From contig QPMI01000637.1 of NCBI GenBank assembly GCA_004431415.1, positions 1-64,000 on the forward strand: 64,000 nt of DNA. Reading direction: 5' to 3'. The stretch's first letter is position 1. Each line of letters begins with the position of its first letter. Below the pieces are notes generated by a model that worked only from the letters and a program-made list of their open reading frames with translations, made no database searches and was not told the origin of the DNA. Source of the DNA: Cyanophora paradoxa CCMP329 (taxonomy: Eukaryota; Plantae; Glaucophyta). Shown here one piece after another: positions 11,401 to 24,114 of the stretch. Made by a program: the position numbers and the translations under genes.

Positions 11401-13102
11401 CCGGCGGCAGGTGGCGCTGCTGGTGGGCCGCAAGGCGCGCTGGCTCGTGCGCGAGCGGCAGCGCTTCTGGGTCAGCGTCCTCAGGCGAGCGCCCTCCCCT
11501 GCCCGCCTCCAGCGCGCCCCCGCTCGGCCTGAGGCCCTTGGACCGCAGCAACCTGCTCGTCGCCCTCATCGCCGGCACCACCTGGTGCTTCACTTCCCGC
11601 CTCTCTTCCTCCGCCTTGCGCCCCCCCTTCCCCCTCCCCCCTCTCCCATGCCCCACCCCCTCCTTCCGCCCCTCCCACCGCCCCCGTCCCCCCCCCCTCC
11701 CCCCTCCTTCGAGCGTGCGGCGTGGGGGCAGGTACCAGCTGGGGCTCGACCAGCCCTCCGCCCGCCTCCGCCTCTCCGCCATGTACTGCATGTGCGCGCC
11801 GCCCCCGCCCGCCCGCCCGCATCGCCTGCCGCTGAGCGCGCGAGGCGCCGTGCAGAACCCTCTACTTCTACTTCCGGTCCGCCTCGCCCGCTCCGGCCCG
11901 CTCCGGGCCGCTCCGAGATGACGGCCTCGCCCCGCTCGTGCAGGGCGATCGGCGACATCACGAGCCACTGCGCCCTCCGCGAGGTCTACTACCGCGAGCG
12001 CGCCCAGGGTCCGACTCCCCCCGCCATGTGTGCCGGAGCCGGGCCGGGCTGCGGCGCCCTGACCACCGCTGGCCCCCCGCGGCCCGCAGGCCTCGTCAGC
12101 CCCATCGCCCACCAGGTACCACGATGCACACCCCTCCACGAGTGATCCGTGTACCTGGAGCTCATCCCCCCCGGCAGGCGTCCAGCCTCATCGTGATGAC
12201 GTCGTTCCACGTGCTCAACGCCATCGCCTTCGTCGCCATTGCGTACCCCCTCTGCGGGTTTCAACTCCAGGGGTACGCGCACGGCCCGCTCGCGCGCTTC
12301 TTAAAGACATCACTCGCCACCCGGCGCGCAGGCGGATGGGGTACGCGGTGCTGCTGGCGTGCCTCTGGACGCTCGTCAACAGCGCCTTCATTGAGTTCCT
12401 CGCCCTCGCCCTCCCGGTACCCCCCAACCCTCTCCCCTCCCCCCGCCCTCCCTCGACCCAAGTGGGCCGCGCTGCAGATCCCGCCGGTGGTCTTCTCTGT
12501 CGCATCCGCCATTCTCGCCTGTGGCGCCTTCTTCACCGGCTTCATGGCGCGTTTCCACGCCCCGCCCCGCCCCGCCACGCGCCCCCCGCTTGCTCTGACT
12601 CGCCGCAGATCTCGGGCTCGGACATCCCGCGGCCCTGGATCTGGTTCTTCTACCTCCTCTGGTTCCGGTGACCCCGCCAGCCTCGCGGCCCCGGACCCCC
12701 CTCACGCCCCGTCGGACCAGGTACCCCTTCGAGGGCCTGGCCGCGAACGAGCTCTCGAACATCGCGTTCGCGGGCTGTCCCCCCCAGTGCGCGCGCATCG
12801 TACCCCCTTCCAATCCCCCCCACCCCCGGCCCCGCGGTCGCGACCCGCGCCACCCGCAGGGCGGCCGCGGCGGGGCTCTGCTTCCCGACTGGCGCGGCCG
12901 TCCTCGCCCGCTACGACCTCAGCCCCGACCGCCAGGTCCGCCTTCCTTTCATCCTCGCCTAGAGCGCCCGGGCTCCAGATCTCCGCGAGGCTGAGGGGGC
13001 GGGGCGCAGTGGGCGAACCTGGGGATCCTGGCGGCCTTCTGGGCCGCCTTCGAGGCCGGCAAGGCCCTCGCCCTTCACCGCATCACCCACCTCCGCCGCT
13101 GA
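5494..13102 (+). CDS. Full-size ABCG/PDR-type ABC transporter (NBD-TMD-NBD-TMD), many exons
   Basis: NBD1: [40 protein letters not shown]1 includes [25 protein letters not shown]2: [42 protein letters not shown]2 includes [18 protein letters not shown]. Ends [11 protein letters not shown] at 13100-13102. Confidence 0.93.
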
Positions 13103-14849
13103 ACCCCGATCGCGACCCCGGTCGTATGTATACCTAAGAAGGAATCTATCGCCAGTTGCCGTCGCAAGCTTATTGTAAGTACATGCATGTGCATTAAACA
13201 TTAGTAATATTTAATGCGCGCTTACAATGTCGCTTTAAAAATTTTCACTTGCTGCATATGCATTTCGCTGATATCGATTACGACCGTGCTTGCTTCGTAC
13301 GACGTCATACTGCAGTAGGCTTCTCAGAATTTTCTCGTAGTTCAGTCACCGGTACCTGTCCTGGCTGTCCATTATGAATTCGAAGAAATTCGAAGCTTGA
13401 GGAATTCGAAGAAATGCAGAATTTCAGAAGGCAGCCTGGCAGTGGCTGGGCGAGCCGTCCGACGGGCTCCGAGGCGGGCCACATGGCAATGCGAGCTGTC
13501 TTCGAGGCCAGAGAAGAGGTAGGGCGCGGCGCGGGGGGCCGGGAGGTGTATGCATATGGCTTGCAAACCTTGCAATTGTGTGCTCCTGCGCTTGTCCCGC
13601 GGCCGTCGCGTGCGTGAGCTCGAGGCGCGGCGCGCCCCGAATAGAACCAAGAGGACGCGGACGTGCAAACTGATCGACTCGCGCGACATCGACGTCCTTA
13701 GCTTAAGAGGACGTCGACGAGAAAGTACCGGTAGCCTAGCTACCCCGGACCGTCGGACTCCGATCGCGAGACTCCCGACTTCCGAGTCATCGATATCGGA
13801 CCGACCGTCGGACGAACTCATCACGTGCACCGCGGCCGAGCCATGCCATCACTGAGTCATGACATTCATGGCATCATCATCGATCATCGGATACCGTCCC
13901 ACTTCCCCGTCCCGGCCCTGCTGCTGGCCCCTGCAGCTGGGGCCTGCATCAGGCTGCATGCATATGGGCCCCCGGGATACCCGTATCTGTCTCAGTCTCT
14001 CAGAGTACTAGTCTGTATATACAGGCTCAAATATACAGCATATACGTGCAGTATATACGAAGACTCAGGCAGCAGTCAGGCTCAGACGTTACTAAGTACT
14101 TACTCAGTAGGCCGACACAGCGGTGACTCCGGTGAGTCGCCGGCGACTCATCGATATGATATCATGATATGATCAGCATTCAGGAGTCGATCAGTTTCAG
14201 GAGTCATGATCAGCCTGGCAGGACTCTGAGGAGTGAATCCGAATTACAGTAGTACTACCGCCGTCTACCGGTAGTTCGAATTCGCAGCTGTACATGTCGC
14301 CTCTATGCAAGTTTTCCAGTCCACAGTCCACTAGTACTAATTTCCGGCCCACTATTTTCCCACTATTTTCCGATAGTCCACGGACCACGGTATGATCGAT
14401 CCGAATCATCCGATGATCGATACCGGTAATATGGTCCGGTATCACTCCGTATCAGTGTCCGCCGCTGTCCGGACTCCGGAGTCCGGACTCCGGAGTCCCA
14501 GTCTCCCAGAGCCTGGGCCAGAGGGCCCTGGCGGACCCGAGGGCCGAGGGCCGAGTCCCGGAGTCCGCGACTCCGCGGCCGACGGAACTTTGGTCCGGAA
14601 GGTTCGGAGTCTTCGGACGGACTGCCGGGAGCCCGGGACTGGCCGGAAAAACGATTGCATGCGGATTATATATTAAATATAATATGATAAAGATCTCAAG
14701 GACCCGGAAATTGGGCCGGAATTCCAGATGAGATTTTTTGGATTTCGCGCATTCAATCGAAAAACAAATGCGGTTTTCAATATTTTTAAAGAACTGAATT
14801 TTTCGACCTTTTCATCGAATGAAAATTCTTAAATTCTTAAAAGTCGGCC

Positions 14850-14986
14850 TCTCGGCAGTTTACGGCAATTGCCTGTATACGCCCCCGCAGTGCTGGAGTA
14901 GATTAGAGGCTGTGGCCGGTAATTCACCAAAAAAAAAGTTTACGGCAATTTAAAACTACGGCTAAAAAAGCCGTCCTACAGTAGTG
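14850..14986 (-). mobile_element. Probable CACTA/EnSpm transposon terminus (single end)
   Basis: The reverse complement reads CACTACTGTAGGACGGC from 14986, followed by repeated TACGGC/GCCGTA subterminal motifs (GTTTACGGCAATT at ~14858 and ~14938). No matching second end found. Confidence 0.4.
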
Positions 14987-15553
14987 AGCTTGCGACTAGG
15001 GCACTGGCCGGCGGCCAGGCCGACCAGCTGGCCGGCAGGTTTAAGGCTTTTGGGCTGGCCCAGCCTCTGACTCGGCTGAGGGCTGGGTTCAGTGCCCGAA
15101 TCATGGTGGAGCCCCCGGGTCCACTCAGTCAGTGAGCTTTTTGCGTCAAACTCACTCATGACTTTTGTTTTGTTTTTGCGGGGGTACGTGTTCTTTTCCT
15201 CGAAAAACGACCAAAAACGACCTAATTCTAGCTGAGCTTCAAGGCAATACGTGCCTGAACTGTTTCCACGGGCATTCGATATGTTTAGAGGTCATTTGCA
15301 ACGCAGGCATTAAATATATTGTCAGAATTGCAGTGCTTCTCGACGCTGCACACTCTTCGCGCCGCGGCCTGCGGCGCTCCGACCGTCGGACGCTAAGTAG
15401 CCCCACGACGTTCCACCTAAATCGCTAGGTGGCGAATGGGTCCTAATTTTTTGGCGCCGGATACCCACCCCCCCCCCCCCCCCCCCCACGCAGCGCTGGC
15501 TGAGGTCCGGCTCACTGGCCTCCTACATTTTTCTTTGTGCGAGTGAGCCAAAG

Positions 15554-16162
15554 TAGGGGCGGGGCACGAGCCGAGCGCGCTCGAGCGAGCCCGAGCGAGC
15601 GGGCCGTTTTTCACGCTCGAGCGAGCCCGAGCCGAGGTCCCCCTGCTCGGCTCGGAGCCGGCTCGGCGAGCCGAGCCGAGCGACCCGCGGCTTGACCCCC
15701 CATACAGCAGCGCGAGCACGCCCATCATGACCAAGCAGGGTCAGAAGCGGGCAGCGCCCGACTCCAGCGCGGCTCAGCGGCTAGCTCCAGCAAGAATGCG
15801 GCTGAGAAGCTGAAATCAGCCTTTCGGAAGATGCGGCGGAAGACTAAGCTTAAGCTTTTCATTCGCAATATGATTCTTGCAGGCTTTGATGCTTTCCCTG
15901 TCGGCGATTGTGTGAAGCGTAGGCGTCTTCAGACTGCTTGTCCGGCCCCTTGTCCTTCTAAAATGTAATACGAGACCTTGTGACCGCTTTTCGCCTTGGT
16001 TTTCTATGGGCGAGCCGGGTTTTGTATGGGCGAGCTATGGCGAGCTCGAGCGAGCGGGCCGAGCCGGCTCGAGCTAGCTCGGCTCGGACGAGCCGCGAGC
16101 CGAGGGGGAGCCCGAGCGAGCGAGTCGCGAGCCGGAGGGTCGCGGCTCGAGCCCCGCCCCTA
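15554..16162. mobile_element. Non-autonomous hAT-type DNA transposon (MITE), 609 bp
   Basis: 20-bp TIRs TAGGGGCGGGGCACGAGCCG / CGGCTCGAGCCCCGCCCCTA with 1 mismatch. Perfect 8-bp TSD AGCCAAAG at 15546-15553 and 16163-16170. Dense GAGCC/CGAGC subterminal repeats at both ends. Confidence 0.88.
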
Positions 16163-16530
16163 AGCCAAAGTGCAGTGGGACCCTCGACCCTCCGCTGGTC
16201 TCACTGCCAGAGTCACTGGACCCAGGCGCCGGCTCACCCAGCCCTACTTGCGACTCAGTTGCGAGTCGCGACTCGCGAGCCGCGGGCCGCGGCCCGCGGC
16301 GCCCCCGGGCCGGCGCCCCGGGCCCCGGGGCCAGCGCCCCGGCCCGGCCGCGGCCGCCCGCTGCGCCGGCCGGCGGCCGCTGCCACGCCGCCAGCGCTAT
16401 AGCCTACCCGGGTATAGCTACGTATACCGCGCCTGATCATCGATCTCGATCTCCCCGCCGGACCGGGCTTGTGCGCATGCAGCGCTATCGATATCTGCCG
16501 CTGCAAAACGTATAATCGTGCTTGATCACC

Positions 16531-19500
16531 ATGTCTACGTACGATAACGTTAGATCTCGATCAGCGCGATCGCTTCACCGGGCTTCCCCCAAAGCCTCCG
16601 TCCTTTTCACGACTGCAGCTGCCCTCACGATCATCGCCGTTCTCTGTCTCGCATGCCATGTCTCGGCCGTGGTGGTCACGGAGGTGAAGTGGGGCGGCCT
16701 CTACGACAGCGTCAATGACGAGTTCCAGCCGGTGGCTGGCTTCGTCGCCGATGCCAACGTCGGCTCGGTCGGGCCCGGGCAGGTGCGCAGGCGCTTAAAG
16801 CATAAGATGATCGAGAAGCGGTTCAACGGCCGCGGTTTCAGCAATGAATGCGCCTACAGCCGCGCAACTCGGCGTCATCTGCCGTATTAAAGTTAATCAT
16901 GCATAGCATATGATCATGACCATATGCATTTTGCGTGCAGCACAAGCTCCCATCTTCGGGCGAGACGCTGAAAGTCCAGTTCTCCGATGGCGGCGGCACC
17001 CACATCGTCCTGTGCGCATGCGCGACTGTATATGTGCCGCAGTGCTCGCCTTCGATCGCGAGATGCCGGGCACGTGCTCGCGCGTGCATGTCTGACCTGC
17101 GCCGGCCCGTACTCATCTGCAGGAGCACGATGGCGACCACCGGGTTCACGGCGGGCACTGCCCCCGACAGCAACAACGGATGGATCAGATTTCGGTTCAC
17201 GAGTGGACCCGCAAAGAAGGGGCACGAGATGGATATGAACAATCAGAGTAAATGCAAGATGGGGCTGTCCTTCTTCGGCGAGGATTCCACGAAGTGCAGG
17301 CTGACCGATGTGCCCGATCCCGTCGCGTACATCTGCGGCGTCGTGCGTCTCACGTTTGAATATGCTTCTGCTTACGTCTACGATGCATCTGACCACGACG
17401 ACCTCCCAGGAAATCGTGGCGGGGCGGGACGACGGGAACGACAACACGGACCTCAAGATCGACGTCGTCTTCCAGAACTACCAGAACCAAGCATACAACC
17501 CGTACACGAGCGCCTCCAACGGCATCCCGAACCCGCCCTTCGTCCTTGGCACCATCGACCTGTCAGCGGCCACGAAGGCTGACCCAGTCAAGTGCGTTCG
17601 CCGATCGTGATCCGCAAGCTTGCAATTGATTCTGCCGCTCACTATCCGCGCGTTAGCTTCACGAGAACCCAGGCGGACTTCCCCGTCATCGACGACTACC
17701 TCACCTCGTCGAGCCAGGATGGCGGTCAGCAGGCATACTCGCAAACGCGCACTGGCGTGAAGGGTGGCCTCCGCGGAGCCTACTCCGGATCCGCCTTGGG
17801 GACGTGGGGGCTCTGGCTCTTCCCCTACGGTGCGCTGTCAGTGGATGCAAGATCTGTAATTATACCTCGGATGCTCCTGGGGTACCGGTGCTGATTGTGC
17901 TGCCTGGACGGTGCGCTTTCCACCAGGACCCGGCGCTGCGATGACGCAGAAGATCGCAATCGACCACGTCAAGCTCGACATCCGCTCCTGCTCGACCTGC
18001 GACTGCGTGCCGACCCCGGCGCCTTCCCCGACGCCATCCCCGTCTCCGACGCCGAGGCCGGAAGTGAAGTGGGACGGCCTGTTCGACAGCGTCAACGACG
18101 AGTTCAAGCCAACAGACTCTGTTCCACCGGCAAGCGTGACGTCCGTCGGTGTTGGCGCGGTGCGCTCAATAATATAATGTATAAGTTTCCTGTCAGATTA
18201 GGTTCAAATTCGGATTCGGTCTTGAATGCGATATCGATTTGCATGCAGCGCAAATTTCTGGCGGTGGGCGAGACTTCGAACATCGAGCTCTACGATGGTG
18301 GCGGCACCCACATTGTCATGTACGCACCTACAGCTTGCAATTGCAGGCGGCTGCAGCTGTGTGATTGTGCATTTCATGACTTTGTACACACCCGCAGGGG
18401 CTCTTCGGCGACCTCCGGCTTCACGGCGGGCACCAACCCCGAGAACAACAACGGATGGATCAGATTCCTGTTCACGAGTGGACCCGCAAAGAAGGGGCAC
18501 GAGAAGGATATGAACAATCAGAGTAAATGCAAGATGGGGCTGGCTTTCTTCGGCGAGGATACTACGAAGTGCAGGCTGATCGATGTGCCCGATCCCGTGG
18601 CGTACATCTGCGGCGTCGTGCGTCTCACGTTTGAATATGCTTCTGCTTACGTCTACGATGCATCTGACCACGACGACCTCCCAGGAAATCGTGGCGGGGC
18701 GGGACGACGGGAACGACAACACGGACCTCAAGATCGACGTCGTCTTCCAGAACTACCAGAACCAGAACTACAACCCGTACACGAGCGCCTCCAACAGCAT
18801 CCCTAGCACCCCCGTCGTTGTCGGCACCATCGACCTGTCAGCGGCGACGAAGGCCGATCCGGTCATGTGCGTTTCCTGAACGTTAACTATAACGTGCACG
18901 TGTTTATGCCATGATGGTCATACGCATGATCCGCAAGCTTGCAATTGATTCTGCCGCTCACTATCCGCGCGTTAGCTTCACGAGGACCCAGGCGGACTTC
19001 CCCGTCATCGACGACTACCTCACCTCGTCGAGCCAGGATGTCGGCCAGCAGGCATACTCGCAAACGCGCACTGGCGTGAAGGGTGGCCTCCGCGGAGCCT
19101 ACTCCGGATCAGGCTTGGGGACGTGGGGGCTCTGGCTCTTCCCGTACGGTGCGCTATCATTGCAATTGGATACAATCGCAAGATATGTAAGTATAACTCA
19201 GCTGCTCCTGGGGTACTGATTGTGCTGCCTGGACGGTGCGCTTTCGATCAGGAGTCGGTGCGGCGAAGACGGAGAAGATTGCGATCGACTACGTGGAGCT
19301 CGACATCCGCTCCTGCTCGACCTGCGACTGCATCGAGGGCCCTGCTGTATCCGAAGCTCAGATTGCCGAGCCTTCCCCTTCGCCTACACCTGATTCAGAA
19401 GCGAGCGCTCCATATACGCCGACACCACACCCTAATCCGATTGACGAATCAGAAGCGTCCTTCACGCCGCGTCCGGATCCGCCAAGCGCGACCCCTACGC

Positions 19501-22500
19501 CCAGCCCCACACCAACGCCGACCCCGACCCCATCCGTAGTGGTCACGGAGGTGAAGTGGGACGGCCTCTACGACAGCGTCGAGGACGAGTTCCAGCCGGC
19601 GGCTGGCTTCGTCGCCGATATCGATGCCAACGTCGGCTCGGTCGGACTCGGGCAGGTGCACAGGCCTAGCTTGGGGCCCGGGCTTCTAGAAGCGGTAGCA
19701 TGCGCAGCTATAAACGCGCCTAAATCTGCTGATGATCAATATTTAATTCGGCGTCATCTGTCCTCAAAGTTGATCACGACCATTAATATTTCGCGTGCAG
19801 CACAAGTTGCCGTATCAGGGCGAGACGCTGAACATCCAGTTCTACAACGGCAGCGGCACCCACATCGTCCTGTGCGCACCTTTTGCTTAACGCCGCGCTG
19901 CCGCGCATGCGCATGCTTGTATGTCATGTATACGGATATCGATGCGCGTGCTTGTTCTGACCCGACCCGTACACACCCGCAGGGGCTCTTCGGCGACCTC
20001 CGGCTTCACGGCGGGCACCAACCCCGAGAACAACAACGGATGGATCAGATTCCTGTTCACGAATGGGCCCGCAAAGAAGGGGCATCACGAAGACTTGAAC
20101 GCGCCAGGCCGATGCAAGATGGGGCTGTCCTTCTTCGGCGAGGATTCCACGAAGTGCAGGCTAACCGATGTGCCCGATCCCGTGGCGTACATCTGCGGTG
20201 TCGTGCGTCTCGTTTTCCATTAGGCTAGCGCGTTAGTGCTCATTGATCATGGCCACGACGACCTCCCAGGAAATCGTGGCGGGGCGGGAAGATGGGAACA
20301 CCAACACGGACCTCAAGATCGACGTCGTCTTCCAGAACTACCAGAACCGGAACTACAACCCGTACACGAGCGCCTCCAACAGCATCCCCAGCTCGCCCGT
20401 TCATCTTGGCACCATCGATCTCACAGTGGCGACGAAGGCTGACCCGGTCATGTGCGTTCGCCGATCGTGATCCGCAAGCTTGCAATTGATTCTGCCGCTC
20501 ACTATCCGCGCGTTAGCTTCACGAGAACCCAGGCGGACTTCCCCGTCATCGACGACTACCTGACATCGTCGAGCCAGGATGGCGGTCAGCAGGCATACTC
20601 CCAAACGCGCACCGGCGTGAAGGGCGGCCTCCGCGGAGCCTACTCCGGATCCGCCTTGGGGACGTGGGGGCTCTGGCTCTTCCCTTACGGTGCGCTTCGT
20701 TCACATGTACAGCGCTCCAGTTGCAGATCCCGTTCTTTAGAGAACCTGCTATGCATTAAATTCGGTCGTCCGGCCCTCCAATATATCTATAGCGCCGAGA
20801 GATGTATGTGCGTGAGGGTGCACTGATTGTGCTGCCTGCACGGTGCGCTTTCGATCAGGAACCGGCGCTGCGATGACGCAGCGGATCGCGATCGACCACG
20901 TCAAGCTCGACATCCGCTCCTGCTCGACCTGCGACTGCGTCGAGGCGACCCCGTCCCCGACGCCGACGCCGCCGCCTCCGCCCCCGCAAAATTGCTACCG
21001 GCCGCCCGAAAGCGCTCGGCTTACGATGAAGTACAAGGTCCTCGTCCCGAGCTTAGAAGACGCCGGATCTGATCATGACCTCCATCGATATCGCTAGCTT
21101 TGCTCGACCTGACGCGCACGCATGCGGCCCGGCCCGCGCCGCAGATTTCCTGCCCTCCGAACGTGACGATCGCGCGGGTGGAGCCCGTCGACGTGACCGT
21201 CAACGGGGACGTGAGGCGCCTCTGCGGCGCTCAGATGCCCGACCTCCGCTACCTCATCGTCGGTCCGCGCATGCGCATCTCCCGCCGGCGCTCCACCGAT
21301 GCGCTCGCGATCGAGTCGCCGACGGCCGCGCGCGGGCGGCAGGCAACTGGTCCGACGCGCGCGTGAACTTCACGCAGCAGCCGAGGCCGGGGACCTTCGT
21401 CCCCGTGCACACGGACACGGCGCCGACCAGCCGGGACTGGATCAACGCCGGCTTCGACGTCCCGGCCCCCGCCGATGGCTTCCGAGTCCGCATCGACATC
21501 GACAACCCGACTGACGCGGTGCGCGCGAAAGCTCTCGAATTCGCCCTCGCTGCCTCATGATCACGCGGCGCGCAGGGTCCGGAGGGCTCCTGCTCCTTCG
21601 GCCTGATTGTGCGGGAGCCCGGTCCGCCCCTCTGCCCGGGGACGTGCCCCAAGCCCGTCATCGCCCTCCCCGTGGATCCGGCGACCTGCTCGGCCAGGAT
21701 CCCCGACGCGAGGCAGAACCTCACGCTGCCGGCCCCGGAGTGCATCCCCCCTATGGCCGTCTCCACGGCCGACTACGTCATGGAGAGCGGCGACCCGTCC
21801 GTGCATCCGGGCGGGCAGTGGGCCCTCGCCGGCCCGCCGCCGTACGTCAAGGAGGCCCGCATCCGCCACAGCCGCTTCCCCGACGGCCCCTTCTGCCCTC
21901 TCCGCTTCGTGGTGCGACATGCGGCCGCGAAGGCTTTGATCTAGGATTTCGGGTAGGCCTAGGCCTCATGATCAGAGGTGACGTCGACGGCCGCGGGCGC
22001 AGGCGCACATTCCGCCGGAGCCGCGTGTCTCGTGGATCCCCTCGCTGCTCTTCGGGGCCGGCGCCCTCAGCGCGTCGGCGGTCGGCGCTCTAGATCTGGG
22101 ACCCAGCCCGCAGCCCGCGGACTGGGCCCGACGCTTCCAAGCCACGTGCGCCGCCGATCGCGACCGCGACCGTCCCGTGTGCGGACCGCGACAGCTGAGC
22201 GCCGCGCGCGCCGCAGGGTCGATGGCCCCTGTGCGGGCAGCTCGGTGCTGCTGCGGCACTGCAGGCCGCGCGTGCGCGTGGAGATGAACGCGAAGCTGGG
22301 CCTGGCGGGGCCCGACGTGGGCCCCTCCGGCAACTTCACCTTCGCGCCGGGCAGGCGGGCGTGGGAGTTGCAGCTCAGCCAGGCCGCCCCCGCCTCCGTC
22401 CTCGGCGACTTCAGCCGGGAGGTCCCCGACCACTACCTCGCCCTGCCCGCGTGCGCCGCCGCCCGCACGCCTGCCCTGCTTCCTTCCTTCCTTCCCCTCC

Positions 22501-23025
22501 CGCTCCCGCGCAGCCCTCCTCCCCGCGGCCCCCCCCCCCCCCAAAAAAAAAACAATTCTCCTTCTTCCTCCAAAGCTCCCGCCCCCTCCCCCATCCTTCC
22601 CCCTTTGCCTCCCCCCCCCTTCCTTCCCCTCGGCCTCCCCCCCCATCCTTCCCCTTGGCCTCCCCCCCCTCCTCTGACCACCGGCCCGGCCCAATGCCTT
22701 CACTCCAAAAGCCGCCATCCATCTCCCTCCCCCCCTCCCCCTCTCCTCCCCCCCCCCCCCCCTCCCCACCCCTCTCCCTCCTTCGCTACTAAGTTCCGGT
22801 TCCTACGCTCTGCAGCATCGCTTCCGGCGAGGCGCTCCGCACATACATCGTCTCACTGGCCTGTGCGTCGGTCTCTAAATTAAAATACATCGTCATCGTC
22901 GTGTGGGGCTGGCGCTGACGCCACCGCGAATGCTCGCAGGCACCCTCAATGCGGGGCTCCCCGAGCCCGCCCTCGTTACCATGTTCTCCATCAACCCTGT
23001 CCGCATCGAGATTCAGAAGCCGTAA
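16531..23025 (+). CDS. Secreted/extracellular protein with a signal peptide, three tandem ~240-aa domains separated by (PT/SP) Pro-rich linkers, and a Cys-containing C-terminal region; function unknown
   Basis: Hydrophobic segment AAALTIIAVLCLACHVSA|VVV. Three copies of EVKWxGLxDSV..NNGWIRF..PDPVAYICG..DLKIDVVFQNYQN..GTWGLWLFPY..LDIRSCSTCDC. Linkers such as PTPAPSPTPSPSPTP. Consistent GT-AG introns. The last exon (IEIQKP-TAA at 23025) is less certain. Confidence 0.75.
16669..20945 (+). repeat. Intragenic triplication, units ~16669-18010, ~18060-19335 and ~19537-20945
   Basis: Long near-identical exon stretches and shared introns. For example, the intron GTGCGTTCGCCGATCGTGATCCGCAAGC...GCGCGTTAG is identical in units 1 and 3. 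Confidence 0.92.
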
Positions 23026-24114
23026 CCAAGGCAGGGCAACAATTCGATAGCGATTTCCAGTCTGAACTGCTGTTTAAATTAGGATTTTTCCTTCAATTTT
23101 AGCATAGATAGAGAGTCACATTTATTATTGGTTGAGTTGAACAGAACTTCGGACCGCGTTGGTTTTCATCGAATGCCCGTATACGTGTACGTACGTATAC
23201 GCGTACGCGTTGCGTTGCAATTGCAATTGCGTTGCCGAAGTCCCAATTGCAACTCGGCTAAAATGATTTTTGGACCGGTAGGCTATATATATGTATACGT
23301 AGTATAGCTGCAGAGAACCGGGACTCGCGATCGATTAATTGAAGGGCCAACGACTTCACGTAAAGGATTTTCCACGTGCCATGATTTACATGTCTCAATT
23401 CAAGTGGTTCGAGAATCGCCATGCCACTGGCCATGGGCCACGAGCTTGCACTCCAGTGAGCTAGATCTAGAGCAGTCAACTTGTCGAATCGCGAAATCTC
23501 AATCTGGTCGCGGGGGACGCGTGTGCCCAACTTCTCCAGCTCGTGCGGACATAATTGCACCTCTGCCCTCCTGCGCCCCTATAGCTAGCCTGCCCGGCAC
23601 CCTTCGAATTCGAAATTATCGGTACCGCAGTGTCATACTACAGCTTATTATATAATTATAATCACGGGCCCCCGGCCCTAATGACCTCCTAGCCGCGGCC
23701 GTTCGGGGATCCTAACATCCAAGTGGCGAATTCGAATTTTCGTACTCAAGCAATCGCAGCACATCACAGCAGCTAGCCGCTGAGCATAATCCAATGATCA
23801 AGCACATACTATGATAAACTAAATTATAAAATACTGAGCTCGAGTTTGAGGCTGGTCATGTTGCTAGTTACAATTACAACTGGATCATTATTAGCATGAA
23901 TAGACAACGATACTTTCGCGAACTTCGCTGCTGCTAGCTGGTATCTGACTCCCGTAATCTAACCTGAAACAACTATCAAAATTACACGCATATAATCTCT
24001 CATAATAACATTCTAAAGCTACGTACACCAATCCAGTCTAGAAACTCGAATGAGTGAGGGAGGAGCCGCCGAGCGTCGAAATGAAACGAAGGGCCGGGCG
24101 GCCTCTAGCCGCAG

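Noticed and set aside
22480-22800. Long poly-C/CT tracts (also ~770-800, 11620-11710 and 55540-55700) as Pro-rich coding sequence or functional elements
   Set aside because: They lie inside introns and may include low-quality homopolymer sequence.
23030-24040. AT-rich intergenic block as an ncRNA or TE
   Set aside because: I could identify no tRNA/rRNA/snRNA motif, TIR or TSD. It shares only a short TTTTCATCGAATG with ~14810.
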